In this document: positions 12,966-26,121 of the stretch, piece after piece
Position numbering within the stretch: position 1 is the stretch's first letter
Layout of the letters: the number at the start of each line of letters is the position of its first letter
Origin: Octopus sinensis
Lineage: Eukaryota
Length of the DNA: 50,987 nucleotides
Assembly (NCBI RefSeq): GCF_006345805.1
Contig: NW_021834332.1
Location: forward strand, 1-50,987
Direction: 5' to 3'
Position numbers and translations under genes: made by a program
Notes under the pieces: generated by a model
What the model was told of the DNA's origin: nothing
The model's database searches: none
What the model saw: only the letters and a program-made list of their open reading frames with translations

Positions 12966-13097
12966 TGTATGTATGTATGTATGTATGCATATATGTATGT
13001 ATGAATGTATGTATGTATGTATGCTATATATGTATGTATGCTCGATTATTCGATTCGTTCCGTTTCGTTCGTTTTCTTCTTCTTCTAAGCTGGTTTA

Positions 13098-13146
<49 letters not shown>

Positions 13147-13453
13147 AAATAGATGATATTTCTGTATAATCTACATGTGCATATTTACATAGCAACGCTA
13201 ACGATAGATTTGACATTTGCAGTGATACAGACGGAACACTTGTTGAAAGTTTTGACGTAAGATTCATAAATCTATTAACTTTAATATGATAGTTAAATAT
13301 GAGACACTCGATTCAGTCAGATTTTGAAGAAGAAATTGCCTGATTTCATTGAAATGGATCTTTAAATCTGACAAACCCTTGTATTTTTATTGAACATGAT
13401 TATGACAGCCTAGTCTCAATGAATTAACGTCGTATCATTATGGTTAACGTTAC

Positions 13454-13561
13454 CTGTTTGTTCCCTGGGTCGTAACGGCGGCCTCGTTGTCTGATACCTT
13501 CGTTAACACTTCCATTTCCTGAGTGGAAGTGTGATTCCAATCACCACTATAAGAAGCATTG
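13454..13561 (-). CDS. Repeat exon M4, 108 nt: NASYSGDWNHTSTQEMEVLTKVSDNEAAVTTQGTN
   Basis: tttcag| ... |gtaacg; open frame. Confidence 0.75.
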
Positions 13562-13902
13562 CTGAAACGAATAGATATATATACATGTATAAATGAAAGC
13601 GCACACGTGTATGCATGCATGCATGTATGTATGTATGCATGTATAAATGAATGTATATATACATTTTGCTTGTTTCACCCATTTGAAGGCTGCTGTGCCT
13701 TACTAGAGGCTGGAAGGGGTTTTTTTTTAATTAAAGGAATCGAAATCAGGTCTATTTTTCGCCTATTATTCGAACCGTGTATTTTACCGAACCTCTAAGA
13801 TAAGAGAAAGGAAACTCACCAAGAGCAGTGGTCAAGCGGTTGTAGTGAGGGACAAACACAAAGACCACCCCACCACACACAACACACTCGCACCCCCCCC
13901 CC

Positions 13903-13940
<38 letters not shown>

Positions 13941-14531
13941 CTCACCCACACACGCGCAATATAGACGAGGCTGAAGTAGAAAATAATGTAATCCAATTAC
14001 TTTTTTTCTCTCATCTTCGTTTATTCAGAGCTGAGTCAAAATCTGATGCAAATATAAACGGCATAACTTTCTGACTTATTGTCGTGTAATTATGTGAGTG
14101 TATATAGCTATTTGTATGTGTATATACATGAAGGTGTGAGATTTGTGATTTGAATTTTCGGTTAACGATCGTAAAGTTGTGAGTTCGATTCTTGGCGGCG
14201 CGTTGTGACACTTACTTTCAAATTGCTCCTGTTCAATTGCGTGACTAAAACGTGTTGTAACATTATTTCGAAGAGCCAGCCTTGTCACACTCTGTTTTAC
14301 GCTGAATTTCTCTGAGAAGATTCCACGTGCCTATGGAGAGCTTTGCCACTTGCATTTAATTTTGAAGAAGAAGCAATTCCGTTGAACGTATCAACTGGAA
14401 CTCTGAACGTCGTAAACGACAGTGTGTTAGTTTCGAAATATCAGTGCATGTTAGTGTGTATCAGTGTGTGTGTGTTTGTAATCACATAAAACATGCCCAC
14501 ACTCACGCACCCGCACACATGCGCTCCAATA

Positions 14532-14654
<123 letters not shown>

Positions 14655-14982
14655 TGTATATACACATATACATATATATCTATTAGATGAATTTGTGTAA
14701 AATATAGATGTGCGTATACCATAGCAACGCTAACCGACAGATTTGAAATTTGCAATGATATAGACGGAACACATGTTGAAAGTTTTGACGTAAGATTTGT
14801 AATTATATTAGTTTTAGCATCATAGTTAAGTAAGAGACACAGAATTCAGGCAGATTTTGGAAGCTATTTGTCTGATTTCATTGAAATAGATGCTTAAATC
14901 TGGCACACCCTGTACATAACGGCGTCGTTTCATTAAATTAACGTCGTGTTATTATGGTTAACGTTGCTCTGTTTAAAACTAC

Positions 14983-15090
14983 CTGTTTGTTTCCTGGGTC
15001 GTAACGGCGTCTTCGTTGTCTGATACCTTCGTTGTCATTTCCATTTCCATAGTGAAAGTGTGATTCCAATCTCCACCTTGAGAACCATTG
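14983..15090 (-). CDS. Repeat exon M5, 108 nt: NGSQGGDWNHTFTMEMEMTTKVSDNEDAVTTQETN
   Basis: ttccag| ... |gtagtt; open frame. Confidence 0.72.
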
Positions 15091-15240
15091 CTGGAACGAA
15101 TAGATATATATACATGTATGAATGAAAGCCCTCGTGTGTATGCATTTATGTGTGTGTATGTATGTATGTATGTATGTATGTATGTATGTATGTATGTATG
15201 TAGGTAGGTAGGTATGTATGTATATACATATGTATATATG

Positions 15241-15271
<31 letters not shown>

Positions 15272-15502
15272 TTATGTATGTATGTATATATGTATGTAAG
15301 ACATGTATATATGTATGTTTGTATGTATGTATGTCTGTATGTATGCATATATGTATGTATGTTTGTATATATGTATGTATGTATGACACGTATATATGTA
15401 TGTACGTATGTATGTATGTACGTATGTATGTATGTATGTATGTATGTATGTATGTATGTATGTCTGTATGTATGTATGTATGCATGCATATATGTATGTA
15501 TG

Positions 15503-15536
<34 letters not shown>

Positions 15537-15547
15537 TGTATGACACG

Positions 15548-15581
<34 letters not shown>

Positions 15582-15611
15582 TGTATGTATGTATGTATGT
15601 ATGATGACACG

Positions 15612-15645
<34 letters not shown>

Positions 15646-15677
15646 TGTATGTATATGTATGTATTATGTATGACACG

Positions 15678-15711
<34 letters not shown>

Positions 15712-15730
15712 TGTATGTATGTATGACACG

Positions 15731-15763
<33 letters not shown>

Positions 15764-15802
15764 TGTATTGTATGTATGTATGTATGACACGTAATATGTA
15801 TG

Positions 15803-15836
<34 letters not shown>

Positions 15837-16928
15837 TATGTATGTATGTATGTATGACACGTATATAGTATGTATGTATGTATGTATGTATGTATGTATG
15901 TACGTATGTATGTATGTAATCTTTATGTATGTATGTAAGTATGTATGTATGCATGTATGTCTGGATGCATATAAACTTTATACCTTTTACTTGGTTTAGT
16001 AATTTCAAGGCTTCTTTTATTGAAGGTTTTTTTAATTGAATAAATCGAATTCAGGACTTTTTTCCGGGGTAAACCACACATGTATAACCATATATATATA
16101 CGCATGTCTATTGTACACACACACACACACTAACGTACACACACACACGTACACACACACGCTCAGACACGCACAATATAGACGAGGTTGAACCAGAAAG
16201 CAATGTGATCTAAATTAGTTTTTGGTTCATCTTCGTTTATTCAAAGCTGAGTCAAAAACTGATGCAAATATAAACGGCATTATTTTCTGATTCATTCTCG
16301 TGTATTCATGTGAGCGTATACTGCTATATGTATATGTATATGCGTGAAGGTGTGAGATTTGTGATTTGAGTATTCGGTTAACGATCGTAAAGTTGCGTGT
16401 TCGATTCCCGGGTGTCAAATCTTCACTTGGTGTCAAAAATGAGTTGTAACTATATTTCGATGAGCCAGCCTTGTCACACACTGTTTCACGCTGAATCTCT
16501 CTGAGAATTACGTGAAGATTCCACCTGTCTATGGAGAGCTCTGCCACCTAATCGTTATTTTGAAGAGGAAGCTATTCCGTTGAACGTATTAACTGGAATC
16601 CTGAACGTCGTAACCGACAGTGTTACAGTTTAGATAAATAAGTGGATGTAAGTGTTGTGAGTGGGTGCGGGTGCGTGAGTGTGTCTGTGTGTACTAACAT
16701 ACACACTGCCCACCCGCACGTATACACCACACATGCACACTAATATATATATATAATATATAATATATATATATATATATTATATATAATATTATATTAT
16801 TATATATATATATACATATACATATTGCATATATATACTATATATATATATATATATACATGTATGTATATATATATATATATATATACATATAATATGC
16901 ATAATATACATATATATATATATACATG

Positions 16929-16972
<44 letters not shown>

Positions 16973-16995
16973 CATATGCATATATATGCATATAT

Positions 16996-17039
<44 letters not shown>

Positions 17040-17074
17040 CTTTTTCTACATATCTATCTATCCATCCATCTATG

Positions 17075-17122
<48 letters not shown>

Positions 17123-17433
17123 ATAATAGAACATATTTGTGTATAATCTACTTGTGCGTATATACATAGGAACGCTAACGATAGATTTGAAATTTGCATT
17201 GATACAGACAGAGCACATGTTGAATGTTTTGACGGAAGATTTATAAATCTATAAATTTATAAATAACAGGCACACAATTCTGTCAGATTTTGAAAAAATA
17301 TTGCCTGATTTCATTGAAATGGATCTTTAAATCTGACACACCCTTGTATTTTTATTGAACAAGATTATGACAACCAAGTCTCAATAAATTAACGTAATGT
17401 CACTATGGTTAACTTTACTGTGGTTAAAAGTAC

Positions 17434-17541
17434 CTGTTTGTTTCCTGGGTCGTAAGGGGGTCTTCGTTGTTTGATACCTTCGTTGTCATTTCCATTTCCA
17501 TAGTGGAAGTGTGATTCCAATCACTACCATGAGAAGCATTA
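17434..17541 (-). CDS. Repeat exon M6, 108 nt: NASHGSDWNHTSTMEMEMTTKVSNNEDPLTTQETN
   Basis: tttcag|TAATGC ... |gtactt; open frame. Confidence 0.72.
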
Positions 17542-17705
17542 CTGAAACGAATAGATATATACATGTATGAATAAAAGCCCTCATGTGTATACATGCATGA
17601 ATGTTTGTGTGTGTGTGTGTATGTTTGCATGCATGAGTGTGTGTATGTGTGTATGTATGTATGAATTTATGTATCTATGCATGGATGGATGCATTCATGT
17701 ATATA

Positions 17706-18989
17706 CGAGGGGCGTTCAATAAGTAATGCCCCTGACCCACTTCCCATAGCAGTAGAGCAATGAAACTTGGCACAGTCATTAGCCTTTTTCTACATAGGAA
17801 CCACCCAGAGTTACGCATTTCTCCCATCGTTTGATGCAGCTCTGGAGACCGTTTTTGTAGAAGACCCCAGCTTGGTCCTCCAACCACGACGTGACTTCAG
17901 AAATCAAGGCTGCATCATCTGGTAAACGCTTTCCTTTCAAAAACAACATCATGGCTGGGAAGAGGTGAAAATCAGAGGGTGCAATGTCAGGAGAGTAGGG
18001 GGATGGGGGATGAGTTCATAGTCGCACGCCTGTGCTTCTGATCTGGCGACATGCGAGTTGTGGACCGGAGTGTTGTCCTGCAAGAGGAGGATGCCTTTGC
18101 TGATCTTGCCCCGCCTCTTGATTTTGATAGCTTCTCTTAATTTCCTCAAAAGTGAAGCATAATAGGCTCCTGTAATTGTGGTACCCTTTGCCAGGAATCT
18201 GTCATCACTACTCCGTCCTGGTCCCAGAAGACTGTGAGCATGACCTTGCCAGCGGAGGGTTGCACCCTTGCCTTCTTGGAGGAGGTGAGTCACGGTGCTT
18301 CCACTGCATTGACTGGGCTTTGGTCTCTGGATCATAGTGATGGACCCAGGTTTCATCCTGTGTAATCAGTCTTTTGAAAAATTTGACTCATCTTCTTGGC
18401 ACTCAAATTCATCCTCGAGCACTCGACGCGTTCTTGCTCTCTGGAAAGGTGTTGTGAGCAACCTGGCTCCATCTGGCAGAAACCTTTTGCATATGCAAAT
18501 GGTCATGAATGATAGTTTCCACAGACCCTGGTACTAATCTTGACCTCATGGCTATTTGGCGAATAGTTATGCGTCGATCTTCCAAAATGGCAGCCTCAAT
18601 TGACGGACAGATGCCTCATCAATGGCAGAAGGGGGACGACCAGATCTGGGAGCTGTTTCCACAGAGTTACGACCATGTTTGAATTCACGATGCCAGTGTT
18701 TTACAAGGTCATATGATGGGGCATCATCATAAAGTTACTTTCATTTCATCTAAAGTCTCCCGTGGTGTGCGTCGTTTCAAATACAAAAACCGGATCACTG
18801 CTCGTCACTCAAGAGGCTCCATTTCACACTTGACTCAGTTCAAACACCTGTAAATCGGAAACCACAATTAGTTCAGAGCTGTAATTTTCCACTTAATCTA
18901 TAGAGATACAAATGATTGCACATGCAAACTTTCAGCTAGATCAAACAACTGCAAGTGGGTCAGAGGCATTACTTATTGAACACCCCTCG
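17706..18989 (-). mobile_element. Full-length (1284 bp) mariner DNA transposon with pseudogenised DD34D-type transposase
   Basis: 37-bp TIRs CGAGGGGYGTTCAATAAGTAATGCCYCTGACCCACTT, TA on both sides; motifs QDETWVHHYDP, LLQDN, YSPDIAPSDFHLF; stops and frameshifts. Confidence 0.93.
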
Positions 18990-19694
18990 TATGTATGCAT
19001 GCATTCATGCATGCGTGTATGTATGTATATATGTATGTATTTATGTATGTATGTATGTATGTATGTTTGCATGTATGTATGGATGGCTGGCTTCATGCTT
19101 GCATATATGCATGTATGTATGCATGCATGTATGTATGTATGTACGTTTGTATGTATGTATGTAGTATGTATGTAGCATGTATGTGATGTATGTATGTATG
19201 ATGTATGTATGATGCATGTATGATGCATGTATGTATGTATGATGTATGTATGTATGTATGATGTAGTATGTATGTATGTATGTATGTATGTATGCATGTA
19301 TGTATGTATGTATGTATGTATGCATGCATGTATGCATGCATGTATGTATGTATGTATGTATTGTATGTATGTATGTATGTATGTATGTATGTATGTATGC
19401 ATGCATGTATGCATGCATGTATGTATGTATGTATGTATGTTTGCATGCTATGTATGTATGTATGTTGTATGCATGTATGTATGTATGTATGTATGGTATG
19501 CATGTATGTATGTATGTATGTATGTATGTATGTATGTATGTATGTATGTATGTATGCATGTTGTATGGATGTATGTATGATGCATGTATGCATGTATGCA
19601 TGTATGTAGTGTATGTATGTATGCATGTATGTATGTATGTTATGTATGTATGTATGTATATGTATGTATGTCTGAATGCATATATACTTCATAC

Positions 19695-19724
19695 CTTTTA
19701 CTTGTTTCAGTAATTTCAAGGCTT
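19695..19724 (-). other. Candidate 30-nt phase 2-2 microexon (R)SLEITETSK within an old SINE 3' tail; related copies at 226, 13663, 15984, 21670, 35036, 36294, 44730, 47045, 50769
   Basis: aataacag|AAGCCTTGAAATTACTGAAACAAGTAAAAG|gtatga; frame-compatible with M exons, but the sequence matches the SINE tail near 5480. Confidence 0.35.
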
Positions 19725-19824
19725 CTGTTATTGAAAGGTTTATTTTAATTGAATAAATCGAAATATTTTCGGGGTAAAACACACCTGTATAACCATATAC
19801 AGACGCATTTCTCTTCTACTCACG

Positions 19825-19855
<31 letters not shown>

Positions 19856-20057
19856 ACACACACACACACACACATGCGCGCACGCGCGCGCGCACACACA
19901 CACAATAGAGTCGAGGCTGAAGCAGAAAATAATGCAATCCAAATTAGTTTTTGGCTCATCTTCGTTTATTCAGAGCTGAGTCAAAAACTGGTGCAAATAT
20001 AAGCTACATAACTTTCTTATATATTCTCGTGTACTTATGTGAGTGTAAATAGCTATA

Positions 20058-20650
20058 TAAATCCTTAAATCCTTAAAAATGTTTTAGCCCGAAGGCCGCG
20101 GCCATGCTGGGGCACCACCGCTGAATGAGCCACACTAGTTGTGAATCCACCTCTGATACGTGGCACTTGATCAACAAGGGAGTTCGATGCTGCTGCCCGC
20201 ATCCGTGTTCCTGTCGTGAGGTAGGTTCATCTGGGACTCCCAACAAGAAGAGATCCAGTTTAGTTTTAAGGAACCCACAATCCACACCATGTAAGTCTCT
20301 CAGGCATTTAGGGAGGATGTTGAAAAGCTGTGGTCCTCTGAAACCCAAGCTGTTGCAGTATCTGGACCTGTATTTTGATGGTGATGTTGGAATCCTTGGC
20401 ACCACGCAGCGGCCCGTTCTGCGGTTGGAGTAAACTTTGAATGCCAAAGTTTGGGATAAGACCCTCCAGGATTTTCCAGATGTATTACTGCATATCTCTC
20501 CCGCCTCGCTCCAGGGAGAAGAGGTTTAATACCTTCAGTCTTTCCAGTAGCTGACATTTTGCATTGAGACGATTTTCTTTGTGTAGCTTCTCTGAGTTGC
20601 TTCGAGTTCTGCTGTTTGTTTTATATTGTGTGGTGACCAAAGTTGGGACA
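20058..20650 (-). mobile_element. CR1-group LINE ORF2 3' end
   Basis: SQLWSPHNIKQTAELEATQRSYTKKI..RLKVLNLFSLER..WKILEG..SLGFRGPQLFNILP..LDLFLLGVPDEP; tail repeat AAGGATTT. Confidence 0.85.
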
Positions 20651-20789
20651 AATCTATCGTTAGCGTTCCTCTGTATATACGCACATGTATCTAATACACA
20701 AATATCATCTATTATATATATGTATGTGTGTGTGAGAGAGAGAGAAGGGGGAGGGAGACAATGCGTGTGTGTGCATGCGTGCAGGTGAT

Positions 20790-21645
20790 CATGTGTGCAT
20801 GCATGCATGTATGTATGTATGTATGTATGTATGTATGTATGTATGTATGTATGTATGCATGTATGCATGCATGTATGTATGTATGTATGTATGTATGTGT
20901 GTATGTATGTATGTATGCATGTATGTATGTATGTATGTATATATGTATGTATGTATGTATGTAAGTATGTATGTATGTATGTATGTATGTATGTATGTAT
21001 GTATGTACGTATGTATGTTTGCATGTATGTATGTATGTATGTATATATGTATGTATGTATGTTTGCATGTATGTATGTATGTATGTATGTATGTATGTAT
21101 GTATGTATGTATGTATGTATGTTTGCATGTATGTATGTATGTATGTATGTATATATGTATGTATGTATGTATGTTTGCATGTATGTATGTATGTATGTAT
21201 GTATGTATGTATGTATGTATGTATGTATGTATGTATGTATATATGTATGTATGTATGTATGTTTGCATGTATGTATGTATGTATGTATGTATGTATGTAT
21301 GTATGTATGTATGTATGTATGTAGTTTGCATGTATGTATGTATGTATGTATATATGTATGTATGTATGTATGTTTGCATGTATGTATGTATGTATGTATG
21401 TATGTATGTATGTATGTATGTATGTATGTATGTATGTATGTATGTTTGCATGTATGTATGTATGTATGTATGTATATATGTATGTATGTATGTATGTTTG
21501 CATGTATGTATGTATGTATGCATGCATGTATGTATGTATGTATGTATGTATGTATGTATGTATGTATGTATGTTTGCATGTATGTATGTATGTATGTATG
21601 TATGTATGTACGTATGTTACGTATGTATGTATGTATGTATGTATG
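20790..21645 (+). repeat. (TATG)n microsatellite with periodic TTTGCA interruptions; similar 0.1-0.95 kb (TATG)n tracts lie on the high-coordinate side of most M exons
   Basis: Direct reading; source of the spurious MYVC/HTYI ORFs. Confidence 0.95.
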
Positions 21646-21794
21646 TCTGAATGCATATATACTTTATACCTTTTACTTGTTTCAGTAATTTCAGGGCTTC
21701 TTTTATTGAAGGGTTTATTTTAATTGAATAAATCGAAATATTTTCGGGGTAAAACACACCTGTATAACCATATATGTATACGCATGTCTATTGT

Positions 21795-21826
<32 letters not shown>

Positions 21827-22588
21827 ACACACACACACACACACATACACACATATACAAACACAAACACACGCACACACGCACACATACATACACACAC
21901 ACATACACAAAACACACACAAACACCACACACACCACACACACACACACAATATAAACGAGGTTGAAGCAATGTGTCCGAAATTATTATTGACTCGTCAT
22001 CGTTATTCAAAGCTGAGTCAAAAACTGATGCAAAATAAACAGTGAAGGTGTGAAGGTGTGAGATTTGTGATTTGAGTATTCGGTTAACGATCGTACAGTT
22101 GTGAGTTCGATTCCCGGCGGCGCGTTGTGACCTTGACAAGACACTTGCTTTGACATTGCTCCACTTCACTTGGCTGACGAAAATGAGTTGTAACTATATT
22201 TCGAAGAGCCAGCCTTGTCTCACTCTGTTTCACGCTGAATCTCTCTGAGAATTACGTGAAGATTCCACGTCTCTATGGAGAGCTCTGCCACTTGCATATT
22301 ATTTTGAAGAGGAAGCTATTCCGTTGAACGTATCAACGGGAATCCTGAAGTCATAACCGATAGTGTCACAGTTTAGAAAAATAAGTGGGTGTAAGTGTTT
22401 GTGAGTGGGTGCGGGTGCGTGAGTGTGTCTGTGTGTACTCACATACACACATGCCCACCCGCACGCACACGCACATGCACACTATATATATATACATTAT
22501 ATAATATATATATATACATATTTATACACACAACATACCACACCATCATATATACATGTATCTATAAATACATATACATATATTATGT

Positions 22589-22649
<61 letters not shown>

Positions 22650-23059
22650 GGAGGCCAATGGCCCAGTGGTTAGGGCAGCGGACTCGCGGTCATAGGATCG
22701 CGGTTTCAATTCCCAGACCGTTTATGTGAGTGTTTATTGAGCGATAACACCTAAAAGCTCCACGAGGCTCCGGCAGGGGATGGTGGTGATCACTGCTGTA
22801 CTCTTTCACCACAACTTTCTCTCACTCTTACTTCCTGTTTCTGTTGTACCTGTATTTCAAGGAGCCGGATTTGTCACTCTCTGTGTCACGCTGAATATCC
22901 CCGAGAACTACGTTAAGGGTACACGTGTGTGTGGAGTGCTCAGCCACTTACACGTTAATTTCTCGAGCAGGCTGTTCTGTTGATTCGGATCAACCGGAAC
23001 CTCGTCGTCGTAACCGACGGAGTGCTGTCTCTGTGTGTATATATATATATATATATATA

Positions 23060-24846
23060 TCTATATATAAAACTGAAATGCCTTTTTACCGCTTGGTTCG
23101 CTTTCAATGCCACTACATCCCGTCCGATTCGCTCCAAAATTTACAGGCACATGTAGAATGAGGTGACGATGCGCGTGGGCTACCTTAGAAATCCCTATCT
23201 TAAAAGCTGTGGTTTCTAGGGGCCATCTTCCTACCTCACCCTATTTCCTCCAGTACTCTGTCACTCCTCTTCATTTATAACTTTCAGAATGCCACTACGG
23301 TTATTTAAAGTATCTGTCACTATCGCTATTTCCTTTCTTTTTCACTGACTCCGTTTCCTACCTTCCTATCACTTCGGCGGCGTTCTTTGAAGTATATGTC
23401 TGTCACCAACAATCAACACACGAGCATGAGAACAAATATTATGAATCAGATATTCTTGCGTTCATTATGTGTGTGTGTGTGTGTGGTGTTCTATATATAT
23501 ATGTATATATAATGTATGTGTGTGTGTGTTCTATATATAAATATGTATATATAATGTATGTGTGTGGTGTGTGTGTTCTATATATAAATATGTATATATA
23601 ATGTATGTGTGTGTGTGTGTTCTATATATAAATATGTATATATATAATGTATATATACGAAGCGTATATATCTGTATTATGTATATTAAACTTTTTCATA
23701 CTTTTTCAGTTATATATATTTTTAAACAAATTATAAATATAATTTCATAAATTTTATTTTCAATTTAATAATTTAAAGTTTTCAATTTATATTTTACTAG
23801 CAGTATCGCCCGGCGTTGCTCGGGTTTGTAAGGGAAATAACTATATAAGCATTTTTAGTGAGTTATAGCAAAAAAAAAGAAAAAAATGCATTAAAGATGG
23901 AATAAAAAATGATGGTAATTTTTTTTTTAATCGTTGACTCATCGTAGACATTTTTAGAGAGTTACTCCTCTTATATAATAGCGAAAAATGCATTAAAATG
24001 GAATAAAAAATGATGGTAATTTTTTTTTAAATCGTAGACTCATCGTAGACGCGCGCTAATACCCAGAAGGGCTCGATATGAATCACGACTATAAGATACC
24101 CGGTTTGGTTACACTGCACCGCAAAATGTGGGAGTAGTTAGGAATCTAAATCGTAGGAGACAGACACACAACCTTACTTTTATATATAAAGATTTGTGCA
24201 ACAACTAAAACATTCGGTTGTGCAAATGTTTGCACAGGAAACCTGCCCTGTGTGGCGGTAATTGCCGTTTTGTGGATCTGTTTCAGCTTTTTTAGCGATT
24301 TCTGTTTTGGCGACTTCAAGCCATGAAGTCGTTGTTCTAAAAGAACGCTGGTCTCCTTGACAACGCTTTACGACGTTGATTTCCCTACCTGCCTTCCCCA
24401 CAGCTTCACGAGGAGGGAAGAAGGGGGAGAAGCAACACAGGTGCAGGCGTGAGCGTGGACGCCAACTCGCCGCCATCGACACACGAAAAAATATGCATTA
24501 AAATGGAATAAAAAATTATGTTAAATTATTTTTTAAATCGTAGACTCATCGTAGACGCGCGCTAATACCCAGACGGGCTCGATATGAATCACGACTAAAG
24601 ATACCCGAATTTGGTTAAACTGCACCGCAAAATTTGGGAGTAGTTAGGAATCTAAATCGAAGGGGACAGACACTCACACAACTACAGTTTTATATATATA
24701 GATATATTTTCTATTATATTTTCTTTTTTTATGTTTTTGTTTTTGGTTTTTCACTGTTTGATTTGCCTATTAGTGGTTTTATCTCTAATTTAATTATACA
24801 GATATAAATCTCATTTGTATACATTTGTATATATAATGCGTGCACA

Positions 24847-24877
<31 letters not shown>

Positions 24878-26057
24878 CACATATATATATGTGTGCATTA
24901 CGTAGTCGGTCGATTCACCTGAAAATATGCACACCTATGTTAAAGGTGCTGACAAGTTTGCATCACAACTATTTTGTTCCTCAAATGAAAGGCGTCACCT
25001 CTAGGACAAAATTCCTCATCTTATAAAATGTGGCCACAGTACACCCGAATGAAATCGGGTTATATTAACCAAAATGTGAAAAGGGGTCTAAATGGGGCTG
25101 GAAGGGGATTACAATTTCAAAGAGCGGGTGTTTAGGAATTCTCTGTTGCATCAAGCTAAAAAATTTGCGCCAGCCTTTTAATCGTCAATGTGTTGCCGTC
25201 CATGATAAAGAAGTTTTGAATGCTTGCCATGGTGAGTCTACTGTCGTGAGAAAGAATCACTTCAAAACATGGTGTTTACGAATTTTCTTTTACATCAAGT
25301 TCAAAATTTTACGCCAGCCGTTAAACTGTCACTACGTTGCTGTCCGTCGTTAACAATGCCAGCTATGGTGACTCTACTATCCTCAGATTCTATCCCTTCA
25401 AACTTTGGTTTCCAATATTTTATTATTTTTATTCAGCTCGCAAGTTCGTCTGTCCCTTTTGAAGTTAGCGTTTTGCTGTCTGCCTTGAAGCAGACCTTTC
25501 CATTGCCACTGCCTCATATTTCTGATTGATCTTTCTAAATATTTTATTTCTCACTACTCAACATCTTCTGTTGTTTATAATGGAGAGAGATAGATAAGAT
25601 AGAGAGTAAGAGAAAGCGAGGGAGAGTCAGAGAGAAAAGAAAAGTAAGAGAGTGGGAAAGTGAGAGAGAAAGGAGAGAGAACAAATACGGAGATTCATCA
25701 TCATCATCATCGTTTAACGTCCGTTTTCCGTGCTAGCACGGGTTGGGCAGTGTGACCGGGGTCTCGGAAGCCAAGAGGCTGCACCAGGCTCCAGTCTGAT
25801 CTGGCAGTGTTTCTACAGGTGGATGACCTTCCTAACGCCAACCACAACTGTGAGTGTAGTGAGTGCTTTTTTCGTGCCGCGGCACTGGTGCCAGGGGGTT
25901 TGCAGTGGCAACGATCGGTTGGTGCTTTTTACGTGCCACCAGCACAGAAGCAAGTCAAGGCGGTGCTGCAATCGGCCACGTTCGGATGGTGCTTTTTACG
26001 TGCTGACAGGAAGCAACACCCACTCTTACCCGCGCGTAGAGCGTGTCACCTTCAGCA

Positions 26058-26058
<1 letters not shown>
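23060..26058 (+). mobile_element. Composite Helitron-like insertion, block 2 duplicate (nested Helitron 23797-24702, minus)
   Basis: Near-identical to 1635-4636. Confidence 0.6.
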
Positions 26059-26105
<47 letters not shown>

Positions 26106-26121
26106 ATATATATATATATAA

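Noticed and set aside
14983-15090. Alternative phase-0 reading QWFSRWRLESHFHYGNGNDNEGIRQRRRRYDPGNKQ
   Set aside because: Open only in M5/M15; other copies have an early stop in this frame.
20485-21723. Long ORFs of MYVC/HTYI/YI repeats here and throughout the window
   Set aside because: Translations of (TATG)n, (CA)n and (TA)n microsatellites, which lack stops by composition.
21670-21759. 90-nt phase 1-1 exon reading [29 protein letters not shown]
   Set aside because: Phase is incompatible with the M exons, the acceptor and length are not kept across copies, and the sequence is a decayed SINE tail.
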